Of a stretch of DNA of 64,000 nucleotides, positions 27,149 through 36,635 are shown piece after piece; the first letter of the stretch is position 1; every line of letters begins with the position of its first letter. The position numbers and the translations under genes were made by a program. Source of the stretch: a virus. The stretch is from positions 1-64,000 of IMG/VR virus record IMGVR_UViG_3300045049_000339. One strand, given 5' to 3'. Under the pieces are notes generated by a model. The model was given only the letters and a program-made list of their open reading frames with translations, searched no databases and was not told where the DNA came from.

Positions 27149-27598
27149 GTGCCTCGACACGTAGGCGCGACGCTGAAGGCGTCTGGCATCAGCCACACTC
27201 TCCGCTCCATGGGGAACGCCCGTAGCGAGAGGATTGCGCCGAAGAACCGCAAGGACACCCGCAGGACGGCCGGGTTCAAGGTCTTCACCTTCGCGGAGGA
27301 TGTCGTCCAGATCAAGTACGACCTGGGCAACCGGCACGGCCTCACCGACGAGGCGGAACGGGTGCAGGAGGTCAGGAAGCACCTCGACAGGTACAAGACC
27401 GAGCTGACGGACCGGTTCGACGTCTCCTGGGGCGGCACGGGTGTCGACGCTTACCTCCTGGTGCGGGAATACCCGGACCAGAAGGTTGGCGAGATCCTGC
27501 GCCGGGCCGCTGACGGCCTCACTGCCCTCGGCGACCACCATGGCTCCAAGCAGCTCAAGCAGTGGGCTGACCTGGCCGACAAGGGCGAGGACTGGTAG
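27149..27598 (+). CDS. hypothetical protein
   Basis: downstream of TTGACA(27069)-N17-AACAGT; RBS GGGAG. Confidence 0.65.
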   Translation: MPRHVGATLKASGISHTLRSMGNARSERIAPKNRKDTRRTAGFKVFTFAEDVVQIKYDLGNRHGLTDEAERVQEVRKHLDRYKTELTDRFDVSWGGTGVDAYLLVREYPDQKVGEILRRAADGLTALGDHHGSKQLKQWADLADKGEDW

Positions 27599-27650
27599 AA
27601 CTCACGGCCCCGGCCAGGGGCCGTGTACTACGAGGAACAGGAAGAGTGAA

Positions 27651-27962
27651 ATGCTTCGAGTCACCGGCTTCGACAGCCGATTCTCCGGCAGGTTCCCGAC
27701 CGGCTACATCATGTTCTCCGACCGTACGCGAATCACCTACAGTTCGCTTCTCGGTCCGGACACCGCCCGGCCGGGCACCACGCGTGACGAGTGGGGCCTG
27801 AACCCGGACTGGGAGGACCAGGGCGTGAGCGAGGTGCACCTGCGCCTGGCCCGTGCCTACGTCGACCAGCACCTGGTCCGGCCCGCCGTCGCCGTCCCGC
27901 AGTACCGGGCGGAGCAGGCGGCGCGTGAGGCCCAGCGCACCGCCATCAAGAGCAACGCGTAA
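27651..27962 (+). CDS. hypothetical protein
   Basis: GAGGAACAGGAAGA leader, codon bias. Confidence 0.65.
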   Translation: MLRVTGFDSRFSGRFPTGYIMFSDRTRITYSSLLGPDTARPGTTRDEWGLNPDWEDQGVSEVHLRLARAYVDQHLVRPAVAVPQYRAEQAAREAQRTAIKSNA

Positions 27963-28094
27963 CACTGCAAGGATGCGGCATCAACCGACACGCCTGCCCG
28001 GACGACGGCACTTTTCGTGCGCACGAGCAAGCAGGGTGACTCTGGTATTGGCCATCGGCGAGCCGCCGTCCTGGTGGGAGACGCAAAACCCCAC

Positions 28095-28176
28095 CCCCCT
28101 GCCGCTTGGTGGCGAGAGCGCCAGACCCCGAAGCCATCGGGGTGGGAAAGCGTCGGTTCGAGTCCGTCCAGGGGTA
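28095..28176 (+). ncRNA. degenerate tRNA-like element
   Basis: cccctg/cagggg acceptor-like stem, T arm gtcgg-TTCGAGT-ccgtc, stem ccccg-aagccat-cgggg, no normal D arm. Confidence 0.45.
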
Positions 28177-28245
28177 CTTGACACAACGCCGGAGAGGTGG
28201 TTGACTCTCTCCCAGGAACAACGACGAGGAAAGAGAGAACCAGTC

Positions 28246-28704
28246 ATGACAAAGACTCAGACTTCCCGCAAGGCCAAGGGCCGCACGGTCGAGGTCGACG
28301 AGCACGGTCTCATCGGCTTCGGCATGGCGACGGGCAAGTCCCTGCTGGCCATCCCGTTCTCCGACATGGCTCCGGCTCCGGTCATCGAGGCACCAGCTCC
28401 GGCTCCGGTCGAGGCTCCGGCCCCCGAGGTCATCGTCGTCGACCAGGCCGCCGTCGAGGCGGCGCTGGGCGCCTGGTACGAGGCCAACGAGGCGAAGAAG
28501 TCCGCCGACAAGATCGTCCGCAGGGAGCGGAAGGTTTTCGACGGTCTCCCGGCCCGCGTCTACGGCAAGTGGCGTCTCCTGTGGAAGCCGACCGCCCGTG
28601 AGGTGCCCGACATGGACGCCATCAAGGCGATCTTCGAGGCGCACGGTCTGGGCGAGGTCCCGATGAAGCCGTGTGCCGACTCCCCCCAGGTCACCTTGGC
28701 CTGA
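28246..28704 (+). CDS. hypothetical protein
   Basis: RBS, codon bias, PAP linker. Confidence 0.7.
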   Translation: MTKTQTSRKAKGRTVEVDEHGLIGFGMATGKSLLAIPFSDMAPAPVIEAPAPAPVEAPAPEVIVVDQAAVEAALGAWYEANEAKKSADKIVRRERKVFDGLPARVYGKWRLLWKPTAREVPDMDAIKAIFEAHGLGEVPMKPCADSPQVTLA

Positions 28705-28784
28705 CACAGATTTCCCCTGGGGCGCAGTGCTTGGCGCCCCAGGGGAACCGTAGGATAGAGCAGAGGAAAGGAACACGAACGCAC

Positions 28785-29777
28785 ATGAGTAACGAACAGC
28801 TCGAATTCTCCACGGAAGTGCCTGACGCCTTCCGGGCGAAGGTCGAGAAGGTCACGCCCGCGCAGGCGGCGTGGATGCTGCGGTTCAACACCAAGAACCG
28901 CAAGGTCAATGACCGCCGCGTGGAGGAGCTGGCCCGGCTGATGCTGGCCGGGGACTTCAAAATGAACGGCGAGGCCGTCAAGCTGTCCTGGGGCGTCCGC
29001 CCTCTGCACGACAGCCACGGCGAGCCGATGAAGGACCCGACGACGGGCGAGCCGCTGCTGGCGCCGATCCTGCTGGACGGCCAGCACCGCCTGGAAGCTC
29101 TCGTGCTGGCCGCGAAGACCAACCCGGACATCACGGTCGACATGCTGGTCATCCGTGGCGTGGACCCGGAAACCCAGTCCACCATGGACACCGGCCAGAA
29201 GCGCACCGTCGGCAACGTCTTCCAGATGAGCGGCGAGAAGGAGGCCAACGTCCTCGCCTCGATGCTCGGCAACATCTGGAAGTGGGACGCGGGTGACAGG
29301 AAGTTCGCCACGCACCCCAAGGCCACGACGGTCGAGCTGGAGAGGATGCTCGCCGACCCGGTCGAGGGGAAGAAGCTCCGGCGTTCGCTGGAGGTCGGCC
29401 TTCAGACCGGCCGTGGCTTCAACAGCCTCAGCAAGTCGGCGCTGGCCATCGCGCACTACATCCTGTCGCGCGTCGATGCGAAGATGGAGTACGTCCCGTA
29501 CTTCTTCCACCTCATCGCGACCGGCGAGAACCTGTCCAAGGGCAACCCTGTCCTGGCGCTGCGTGAGCGTGCTCGCCGCAACCGCGAGGGCAACCAGCGG
29601 CAGTACATGACGATGAGCCGCCAGGTCGGTCTCATCATCCGCGCCTGGAACAACTGCGTGAAGGGCGAGGCCGTGTCCACCCTGCTCCAGTCGGCCACCG
29701 AGCCGGTCCCGGAGCCGGTGCGTCCCAACGGTGACGTTCCGTTCCTGACGGACGCGAACTTCATCGCCGAGGACTAG
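28785..29777 (+). CDS. ParB/Srx-like (DGQHR) domain protein
   Basis: NTKNRKV...NGEAV...LLDGQHRLEAL...TMDTGQKRT. Confidence 0.8.
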   Translation: MSNEQLEFSTEVPDAFRAKVEKVTPAQAAWMLRFNTKNRKVNDRRVEELARLMLAGDFKMNGEAVKLSWGVRPLHDSHGEPMKDPTTGEPLLAPILLDGQHRLEALVLAAKTNPDITVDMLVIRGVDPETQSTMDTGQKRTVGNVFQMSGEKEANVLASMLGNIWKWDAGDRKFATHPKATTVELERMLADPVEGKKLRRSLEVGLQTGRGFNSLSKSALAIAHYILSRVDAKMEYVPYFFHLIATGENLSKGNPVLALRERARRNREGNQRQYMTMSRQVGLIIRAWNNCVKGEAVSTLLQSATEPVPEPVRPNGDVPFLTDANFIAED

Positions 29778-29835
29778 CTTGACCAACTCCTCTTCCTGCC
29801 TGTATGCTTGAAGCAGGAAGAGGGACGGAGGGACC

Positions 29836-30345
29836 ATGGAACAACCGCTGTTCACGGCGCTTGCGACATGGGCCTCGACTTCCCGTCGCAGTCTTGCCCG
29901 GCAGGGCTGGACGGTGTTGCTGGAGGAGTCCGAGGAGGACGATCGTCTGGTGGTGGAGCTTGAGAACGACTTCCACCTTGGGCGGTTCGTCCTCCAGGAC
30001 ATCGGCCTCGTCGAGATAGGCGTTCTCGACAAGGCCACCGGAGATATCCGGCGTGGGGAGTGCGAGGTCTACACCGAAGGCCAGCTCGAAGACGCCGTCA
30101 CTCAGTTCCTTGGGTGGCTGGGTCAGGAAAACGGCCGGGTGGAACGGGTCGAGCAAGTCGCGTGTCCGCACAACAAGATCATCTACGACAGCAGGCCGGA
30201 GGCCATCGCCGTCGTCAAGGCGATCACTAGCAGGACCCGGATGCCCGGCTCCATCACTGAATACCAGTGCCATTTGTGTCACAAGTGGCACATTGGCGGT
30301 AGACAGGGTAGAGTGAGCATCAGGCGAAGGAGCTTTCCTCGCTAA
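29836..30345 (+). CDS. hypothetical protein with C-terminal zinc finger
   Basis: CPHNK..Y....A...YQCHLCHKWHI; promoter TTGACC(29779)-N18-TATGCT. Confidence 0.7.
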   Translation: MEQPLFTALATWASTSRRSLARQGWTVLLEESEEDDRLVVELENDFHLGRFVLQDIGLVEIGVLDKATGDIRRGECEVYTEGQLEDAVTQFLGWLGQENGRVERVEQVACPHNKIIYDSRPEAIAVVKAITSRTRMPGSITEYQCHLCHKWHIGGRQGRVSIRRRSFPR

Positions 30346-30351
30346 GAACTT

Positions 30352-30532
30352 GGGCCTGGCTGGTCGAGTCCCCTCGCGGAGGGTTCGGAAGACCTCTTGC
30401 GATTCGCTTCCGTGTTGGCGCACGGATTAGCCAAGCGAACATTCCGAGGCAAGCGGAGTGGGGGCAGACGCCTCCGGCCACGGAAGCTGTCCTGCTGCTA
30501 CAGGACAACGGGTTCGAATCCCGTCAGGTCCA
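30352..30532 (+). ncRNA. 181-nt tRNA-ended structured RNA with Ala identity (G3-U70, A73)
   Basis: GGGCCTG/CAGGTCC-A acceptor, perfect T arm acggg-TTCGAAT-cccgt, interior of at least 5 hairpins. Confidence 0.7.
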
Positions 30533-30578
30533 CTGGCTGCACCATCCGGTGCGGCTGAGGAAAAAGATAAGGAAAAGC

Positions 30579-32156
30579 ATGTCGAAGGACGAGATCAACA
30601 AGCTCGAAGCGCTCATGGACGACGGTAGCGACAAGGCGGTCGCCCGAGCGCTGGAGGCGGCCACCGCCAACGGCCTCTCCGCCCAGCAGAACGCTATCTC
30701 CGGTGAGGTGGCCAGCGACGTCGCCACCCTGGTCCTGCTGTCCGCCCTGGGCGGCAACAAGGTCCGCAAGGAGGACAGCCTCAAGTTCGAGGGCAACTCC
30801 TTCATCGTCCCGGCGGTCTACCAGAACGACATCCCCCGCGCCATCAAGTTCCTGGAGGAGTACCAGGAGACGCAGCAGGCGCCGGTCGAGATCACCCGCG
30901 TCTTCGACTACCGCTACCACGACGTGGCCCACGCGGTGCACCTGGCGCTGAAGGAGGTCTGGGGCTACACCGGCAAGGGCGTCGCCATCAAGACCATGTT
31001 CGGCGACATCGAGCCCGCCTTCCTTGACGTCAAGACCGGCGTCACCACGACCGTGCAGGTGCCCTTCAACCGGCTGTCCTTCCTGCCGCTGCACGGGCAC
31101 ATCGACATCGGCTACACCCGGCACGCCACCAAGGGCTACCTGGGCAAGATCGACATCAAGGCGCCGCGCTACTTGCGGGACGCGGTCGAGGGCTTCTACA
31201 AGGTCGTGGAGAAGAACCTCCGCGAGGCGTCGATCTACCGGGGCAAGGCGTTCCTGCTGACCCCGAACAACGAGATCGAGTTCCTCGACCTGTCCAAGTT
31301 CAAGCGCGAGGACGTGGTCTACAGCGGGGAGGCGCTGGCGCACATCGAGGCCAACCTGTGGGTCGTGCTGCGCAACATGCAGCTCATGCGGGACACCGGC
31401 CAGTCGATCAAGCGGGCCATCCTGCTGGAGGGCCCGTTCGGCACCGGCAAGTCGATGACCGGCTACCTCACGGCGCTGGAGGCCGTCGCCAACGACGTCA
31501 CCTTCATCTTCGTCAAGCCCGGCGCCGACCTCAACGAGGCCATGCAGACGGCCCAGCTCTACGCCCCGGCCGTCGTCTTCTTCGAGGACATCGACGTCCT
31601 CCAGAGCGACGACCCGGAGGAGGTCTCCACGCTGCTGGACACCTTCGACGGCCTCGGTGGCAAGGGCAAGGAGATCATCGCCGTCCTCACCACCAACAAC
31701 AAGGACAAGATCCACAAGGGCATGCTCCGTCCGGGGCGGCTGGACTCGGTGATCCACATCGGGGCGCCGGACCTGGCGGGCGTGCAGAAGCTGGTCGAGG
31801 TCAAGCTTCGCCAGACCGGCGTCAAGCTGGTGGACATCGACTGGGAGGCCGTGTACGAGGTCTGCAAGGACTTCATGCCCGCCTTCGTCGGTGAGGCCGC
31901 CGGTCGCGCCTTCCGGTACGCCATGGTGCGCCAGGGCGGCAAGCCGACCGAGCTGACCACGGACGACCTCGTCAACGCCTGCAAGGGCCTGCGTGACCAG
32001 CACGACCTCATGCTGGGCGCCCACGAGGTCCAGCCGCCGGAGACCCTGACCACGGCCATGGAGAAGATGGTCCAGAGCGTTCTGGAGCGCTCCTACGCGG
32101 TCGACGGCGACGGCGACAAGAACTGGAGCTTCTCCGGCTTCCGGGTCGAGAGCTAA
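30579..32156 (+). CDS. AAA+ ATPase (classical clade)
   Basis: Walker A GPFGTGKS, Walker B VVFFEDID, SRH LTTN...MLRPGRLD. Confidence 0.92.
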   Translation: MSKDEINKLEALMDDGSDKAVARALEAATANGLSAQQNAISGEVASDVATLVLLSALGGNKVRKEDSLKFEGNSFIVPAVYQNDIPRAIKFLEEYQETQQAPVEITRVFDYRYHDVAHAVHLALKEVWGYTGKGVAIKTMFGDIEPAFLDVKTGVTTTVQVPFNRLSFLPLHGHIDIGYTRHATKGYLGKIDIKAPRYLRDAVEGFYKVVEKNLREASIYRGKAFLLTPNNEIEFLDLSKFKREDVVYSGEALAHIEANLWVVLRNMQLMRDTGQSIKRAILLEGPFGTGKSMTGYLTALEAVANDVTFIFVKPGADLNEAMQTAQLYAPAVVFFEDIDVLQSDDPEEVSTLLDTFDGLGGKGKEIIAVLTTNNKDKIHKGMLRPGRLDSVIHIGAPDLAGVQKLVEVKLRQTGVKLVDIDWEAVYEVCKDFMPAFVGEAAGRAFRYAMVRQGGKPTELTTDDLVNACKGLRDQHDLMLGAHEVQPPETLTTAMEKMVQSVLERSYAVDGDGDKNWSFSGFRVES

Positions 32157-32239
32157 CCAGACCAGCAGGGCGGGCGGGCACACGGGGACTCGCCCGCCCT
32201 GCTACATTTACCAGGAAAAGGAAAGAAAGGGCACGAATC

Positions 32240-32422
32240 ATGGGCGAGAAATTGCAGCCACGTGGCGGAGCGGAAAAGCGGACGGCCGAAGAGGTGGCCC
32301 GCCTGACCGAGGTGAAGTGCGGGGCCGAAGTATCCGACACGGGATATGGCCTGCGGGCACGAGGGATCGACCGCTCCAACCGCGAGACCGAGCTGAAGCG
32401 CATCGAGAACAGGTGGCGTTGA
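32240..32422 (+). CDS. small hypothetical protein
   Basis: purine-rich leader, overlap with the next gene. Confidence 0.5.
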   Translation: MGEKLQPRGGAEKRTAEEVARLTEVKCGAEVSDTGYGLRARGIDRSNRETELKRIENRWR

Positions 32423-32928
32423 AAGTGACCACAGGCCGTGGATTCATCCTCGGGACCGGCAGCCGGTACGCGCCGCAGTGGCTCCAGGAGGAGGTCTGCA
32501 AGCGCCTCTTCGAGCTGTCGGAGACGGCCCGTACCAAGTACGGCGTCCGGCACCTCACGATCGTCCACGGCGGCGCTCAGGGCGTCGACAGGGTCATGAT
32601 GGAATGGACCCAGCGGGACCGTCTGTGGACGATCGTGGACAAGCCCTTCAAGGCCGACTGGGACGCAGCCTGCATCACGGATCGGTGCAACCACGGTCCT
32701 CGCCGGGTGCGGGACAACGGCACGGATTACTGCCAGGCACAGGGTTCGTACCGCAACGGAACGATGGTCGAATACCTGGCCAAGATGCGCGCGGAAGGCC
32801 ACTGGACGGACGCGGCGGCCTTCTTTGAAAACCCCCGCTCTGCTGGGACCATGGACTGCGTCAAGCAGGCCGAGGCCGCAGGGTTCGAGGTGAAGAAGTA
32901 TGGACGCTTCCCAGGGCGGAAAGAGTAA
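32413..32928 (+). CDS. SLOG-superfamily (DUF2493/YspA-like) protein
   Basis: ILGTGSR...IVHGGAQGVD...ADWD...RNGTMV...SAGTMDC. Confidence 0.8.
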   Translation: MALKVTTGRGFILGTGSRYAPQWLQEEVCKRLFELSETARTKYGVRHLTIVHGGAQGVDRVMMEWTQRDRLWTIVDKPFKADWDAACITDRCNHGPRRVRDNGTDYCQAQGSYRNGTMVEYLAKMRAEGHWTDAAAFFENPRSAGTMDCVKQAEAAGFEVKKYGRFPGRKE

Positions 32929-33106
32929 GAAGCAAGCCAAGCGGGTCAACGGACGCTGCTCCGTCTGCGGACGTCGAGTGCGGATGAATTTCGATAAAAC
33001 CGTCCGGGACCATTTCAGGGACAACCTGAATACCGAGAATCTCTGTCTCGGTTCCAATAAGCCTCCGACGCAGGAGCTGCGCCGGGAACGGGTAACCAGA
33101 AGGTAG
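32900..33106 (+). CDS. small zinc-binding protein
   Basis: GRCSVCGR...H...CLGS. Confidence 0.55.
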   Translation: MDASQGGKSKKQAKRVNGRCSVCGRRVRMNFDKTVRDHFRDNLNTENLCLGSNKPPTQELRRERVTRR

Positions 33107-33115
33107 GAACTAGGA

Positions 33116-33424
33116 ATGTTTGGTGACTTTTTCGGTGACGGCGACGACATTGTCGAGGAGATCATCGAGGAGGCCGTCGTGATGGACGTCCTCATGAGCT
33201 GCGGGAGCTGCTACAACACCTGCACCTGCGGCTACGGCCGCGCGCCGATGCGCCAGCCGCTCCGCGCCCAGTCGATGCAGCCCCGCCTCGCGGCGTGTGG
33301 CCGGGGCTGCTACCACGGCCAGTGCTCCTGCGCCGGGTACGACCCCTTCGGCAATCTGCTAGAGGCGATGATCGTCGAGGAGATCGTCGAGGACATGTTC
33401 GACGGCGGTAGCGACTTCTTCTGA
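33116..33424 (+). CDS. Cys-rich acidic hypothetical protein
   Basis: duplicated IVEEI and C-x2/3-CY-x-C-x-C segments. Confidence 0.6.
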   Translation: MFGDFFGDGDDIVEEIIEEAVVMDVLMSCGSCYNTCTCGYGRAPMRQPLRAQSMQPRLAACGRGCYHGQCSCAGYDPFGNLLEAMIVEEIVEDMFDGGSDFF

Positions 33425-33496
33425 CGGATCGTCGGATTGTCAGTGCCGGGTGACAGGATGGAATTCCTGCACCCGGCTCCACCAGGAAAGGCACAC

Positions 33497-34615
33497 ATGG
33501 CCACCATCGCGTTTCTGAGCCGCGACGAGATTGCCGCGCAGTTCAGCAACTACCTCGTCAACCACGTGATCCTCGTGCTGGACGCGTCGGTTTCGATGCG
33601 CCCGCACACGCAGGCCCTGATCAAGGCCGTCAGTGCACAGATCAAGCACATGTCGATCGAGACCGGCGAGACCAAGCTCAACCAGGAAACCCGCGTTGCG
33701 GTCTACACCTTCGGCGACACGGCCCACTGCATCGTCCCTGAGCGTGACGTGCACCGCCTCCCGTCGATCGACGAGGTCTACCGCATCGACGGCAACACCG
33801 CGCTGGTGGACGCCGTCACGCTCGCGCTGGACGACGCCGCGCTGGTCAGTCAGAAGTACGGCAACCACGCCTTCCTCGTCCTGGTCCTCACCGACGGCGA
33901 GGAGAACGTCTCCTCCGGCGCGAACGTGCTCGCCTTCCCGGACCGCATGAAGAACCTCCCGGACAACGTCACCGTGGCCTGTCTGGTGCCGGGCCGGGAC
34001 ACCCGCTTCTACCGTGCTCGCAGCTCGGTCGACGAGGCCGTGCGGTGGGGCTTTCCGCGCGACAATGTCGCCGAGTGGGACGTGCGCGACGTGGAGACGG
34101 CCGCACGCACCATGACGACGGCCACCACCAGCTACTTCCAGGCCCGCGCCACCGGCCTGCGTTCGACCACGAACCTGTTCTCCATGGGCGCGGACACGAT
34201 CAACGCCACCACCGTCAAGCAGAACCTGGTGCCGCTCTCCCCCGACGACTACACGCTGGTCCCGGTGACGCCGCCGAAGAAGGACTATGAGAACGGCGAC
34301 TACTGGTGGATCAAGGACTTCGCTGAGTTCTGCGGTCACAAGTACATCGCCGGACACACGGGCTACTACCAGTTCGTGTACGTGAAGGGGAAGAAGGCGT
34401 CCGAGGTCGTTTCCCCGACGAAGAAGATCATCGTCGTGGAGAAGTCCACCGGCCTCGCCTACGGCGGTCCGGCTGCCCGCCAGATCCTGGGGCTGCCCGA
34501 CAACGCGTCGATGCGTATCAAGTTCGACCACAACCCGGACTACGACATCTACATTCTTTCGTCCGCGAACAACCGCCACCTGATCCCCGGCACCAAGCTG
34601 CTCCTGCTGAAGTAA
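33497..34615 (+). CDS. von Willebrand factor A domain protein
   Basis: ILVLDASVSM, GNTALVDA, LVLTDGEEN; C-terminal YILSSANNRHLIPGT. Confidence 0.85.
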   Translation: MATIAFLSRDEIAAQFSNYLVNHVILVLDASVSMRPHTQALIKAVSAQIKHMSIETGETKLNQETRVAVYTFGDTAHCIVPERDVHRLPSIDEVYRIDGNTALVDAVTLALDDAALVSQKYGNHAFLVLVLTDGEENVSSGANVLAFPDRMKNLPDNVTVACLVPGRDTRFYRARSSVDEAVRWGFPRDNVAEWDVRDVETAARTMTTATTSYFQARATGLRSTTNLFSMGADTINATTVKQNLVPLSPDDYTLVPVTPPKKDYENGDYWWIKDFAEFCGHKYIAGHTGYYQFVYVKGKKASEVVSPTKKIIVVEKSTGLAYGGPAARQILGLPDNASMRIKFDHNPDYDIYILSSANNRHLIPGTKLLLLK

Positions 34616-34626
34616 GGAATAGGTAG

Positions 34627-34935
34627 TTGGAGGACGAAGCGCATTACTGGCTGTACGACAAGGACTTCTACTGGTTCGCACGCGGATGTGGCGTCAACGA
34701 CGACTACGCCCGTTGGTTCGCGAACTGGTACCGGGGAATGAAAATGCCCGCCCATACCGGTGCCTTGGAGTGTGCGCGCACTCTGCGGCTGATCCGGATG
34801 GAGAAGAAGTACCCGAAGCGACGGCACAGGAAGACGCCGTACCAGATGAAGCGCTTCGTCCTCCGCAACCGCAGGGCATTTACTCGCGCCCTTGCCAAAC
34901 AGGTGCAGGATAATAGGAAGAAGGAAAATGGATGA
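34627..34935 (+). CDS. hypothetical basic protein
   Basis: ORF with RBS-like leader. Confidence 0.5.
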   Translation: MEDEAHYWLYDKDFYWFARGCGVNDDYARWFANWYRGMKMPAHTGALECARTLRLIRMEKKYPKRRHRKTPYQMKRFVLRNRRAFTRALAKQVQDNRKKENG

Positions 34936-35159
34936 ACAATCGGCGTGCACGCCAGGCGAAAATCCTGGCCCGCAGGGCAGAGCGGCGCAGCCGCAATGCC
35001 GTCAAGTGGCACATCCGGCTGGTGATGCGTCCTCCCTATTACGGCCAGCGCTGTCACACGTGCCGGGACGTGCCGCCGCAGCCCGGCGAGGTCATGGAAG
35101 AGGACTGGCGCAAGTGGGCCGGTTTCCGTGACGCAATCGAGAGGACTGGCAATGAGTAA
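34932..35159 (+). CDS. hypothetical protein
   Basis: ATGA overlap; CHTC. Confidence 0.55.
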   Translation: MNNRRARQAKILARRAERRSRNAVKWHIRLVMRPPYYGQRCHTCRDVPPQPGEVMEEDWRKWAGFRDAIERTGNE

Positions 35160-35376
35160 CGAGACGTACGTCATTCACGTCGTCGACATTCTCGACCAGA
35201 TGGATGACGAGCATTTCGCTATCGCGGACCTGAGCCTTAGCAATTCCATCGGAAGAGTCAACGACGAGGAGGACAGTCCGCTGACGGCGGTCGTTCTCCT
35301 GCTGGATCTCGTTCGTAAGCTTGACGGGGACCACGTTCTCGTTCTGCGGAGAAAGGAAGAGGAAAGCAATGACTAG
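35152..35376 (+). CDS. hypothetical acidic protein
   Basis: RBS GAGGA. Confidence 0.55.
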   Translation: MSNETYVIHVVDILDQMDDEHFAIADLSLSNSIGRVNDEEDSPLTAVVLLLDLVRKLDGDHVLVLRRKEEESND

Positions 35377-36064
35377 GCACATTCTGCTGGAGGGAATCGT
35401 CGGTTCGACCGCGTACGGTTTCGCGACGGCGACCTCCGATATCGACCGGCTCGGAATGTTCGCCGTTCCGACCGTGGAATTCCTGGGACTGGGACGCGTG
35501 CAGGAGTCGGTGGTCCGCACCAATCCGGATCGCACCCTGCACGAGGCGCTCAAGTGGTGCCGTCTCGCAATGCGGTGCAATCCGACCGCTTCAGAGCTGG
35601 TGTGGCTGCCGGACGATCTCTATGAGATTCGCACCGAGCTGGGCGAGCAGCTCATCATGATCCGCGACGCCTTCCTGTCGGCCAAGTACGTCCGCGACGC
35701 TTATCTCGGTTACGCCTCTCAGCAGCTCCGCAAGCTGGAGCTGACCCAGATCAAGATGGACAACCACGAGTCGCCGGAGGTGGTGACCGACCGGCGTCAC
35801 AAGCACGCCCGTCACCTGGTCCGGCTGGTTCAGCAGGGCATCGGTCTGCATACGACCGGTTTTCTGGAGGTGCGCCTGGCCGACCCGCAGCGCGTCATCG
35901 ACGTGGGTGCCGCCGTGGTGGCCGACCCGGAGGCGGGAAAGCGCCTGATCTACCGCGCGGAGAAGGTGTTCGACGCGCCCGGCGTGCTGCCCCAGGAGCC
36001 GGACACGGACGCCATCGAGGGCTGGCTGCTGGACGTCCGACGGACTTTCATGGGCTCCCTGTAG
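35369..36064 (+). CDS. RlaP/YcgL-like pol-beta nucleotidyltransferase (RNA repair-associated family)
   Basis: GSTAYGFATATSDIDRLG...HEALKW..LA..CNPT..E...YLGYA..Q...KHARHLVRL. Confidence 0.85.
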   Translation: MTRHILLEGIVGSTAYGFATATSDIDRLGMFAVPTVEFLGLGRVQESVVRTNPDRTLHEALKWCRLAMRCNPTASELVWLPDDLYEIRTELGEQLIMIRDAFLSAKYVRDAYLGYASQQLRKLELTQIKMDNHESPEVVTDRRHKHARHLVRLVQQGIGLHTTGFLEVRLADPQRVIDVGAAVVADPEAGKRLIYRAEKVFDAPGVLPQEPDTDAIEGWLLDVRRTFMGSL

Positions 36065-36118
36065 ACAGCGCCTTGGAGGTGTGTTAGAGTTCAAACACAC
36101 CGAGGAACGGAGAAGGAA

Positions 36119-36343
36119 ATGAGTGACACCCCCACGCCGCCTCCAGCGCGTGTGGACCACTTCCCGGCGCTGGACGAGGACTTGATGTCCGCGCTCCACA
36201 CCGTACTGGACGACGCGATGGACGAGATCCACCACAACACGCACGGCTGGGCCGACGACCAGGTGGCCGCCATCATCGAGCTGAACGGAATGATGTGGGA
36301 GTCCGCTAAGGCCAAGAAGCTCTGGTGGGCGAGGAACATCTGA
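36119..36343 (+). CDS. hypothetical protein
   Basis: promoter TAGACA(36062)-N17-TAGAGT; RBS. Confidence 0.65.
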   Translation: MSDTPTPPPARVDHFPALDEDLMSALHTVLDDAMDEIHHNTHGWADDQVAAIIELNGMMWESAKAKKLWWARNI

Positions 36344-36537
36344 TGGCCGCCAACATCGCCGGACAGGGCAAGTGCCCGCAGTGCAAGGGCTGGTGGGCCA
36401 TCATCGACGCCCAGAACAAGGGCGTGATGAAGATGCGCAGGCACTGGGCGCACCGCCTCGAAGACATGGGTGACCGGGGCGCCTGCAAGGGCAGCGCGCA
36501 GGAGCCCACCGAGTACGTCCTGAAGGAACAGCAGTAG
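36343..36537 (+). CDS. small zinc-binding protein
   Basis: GKCPQC...H...CKGS. Confidence 0.6.
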   Translation: MAANIAGQGKCPQCKGWWAIIDAQNKGVMKMRRHWAHRLEDMGDRGACKGSAQEPTEYVLKEQQ

Positions 36538-36635
36538 AATCCCATCGCGACCACCGAGGGATCGCACCGGGCGCCGCGTGACGAGCGCGGCGCCCAACAA
36601 TTCGAGCACCGACAACGTAAGGAACAGGAAAGCAA

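Noticed and set aside
30352-30532. Canonical tmRNA (ssrA)
   Set aside because: Only 181 nt, with no tag reading frame ending in a hydrophobic AA-stop and no evident pseudoknot series; kept as an unknown RNA
30498-32183. Long antisense ORFs (this one, 59282..61138, 24323..25891, 28560..30038, 9959..11320 and similar)
   Set aside because: Shadow frames of GC3-rich genes on the opposite strand; no motifs or RBS
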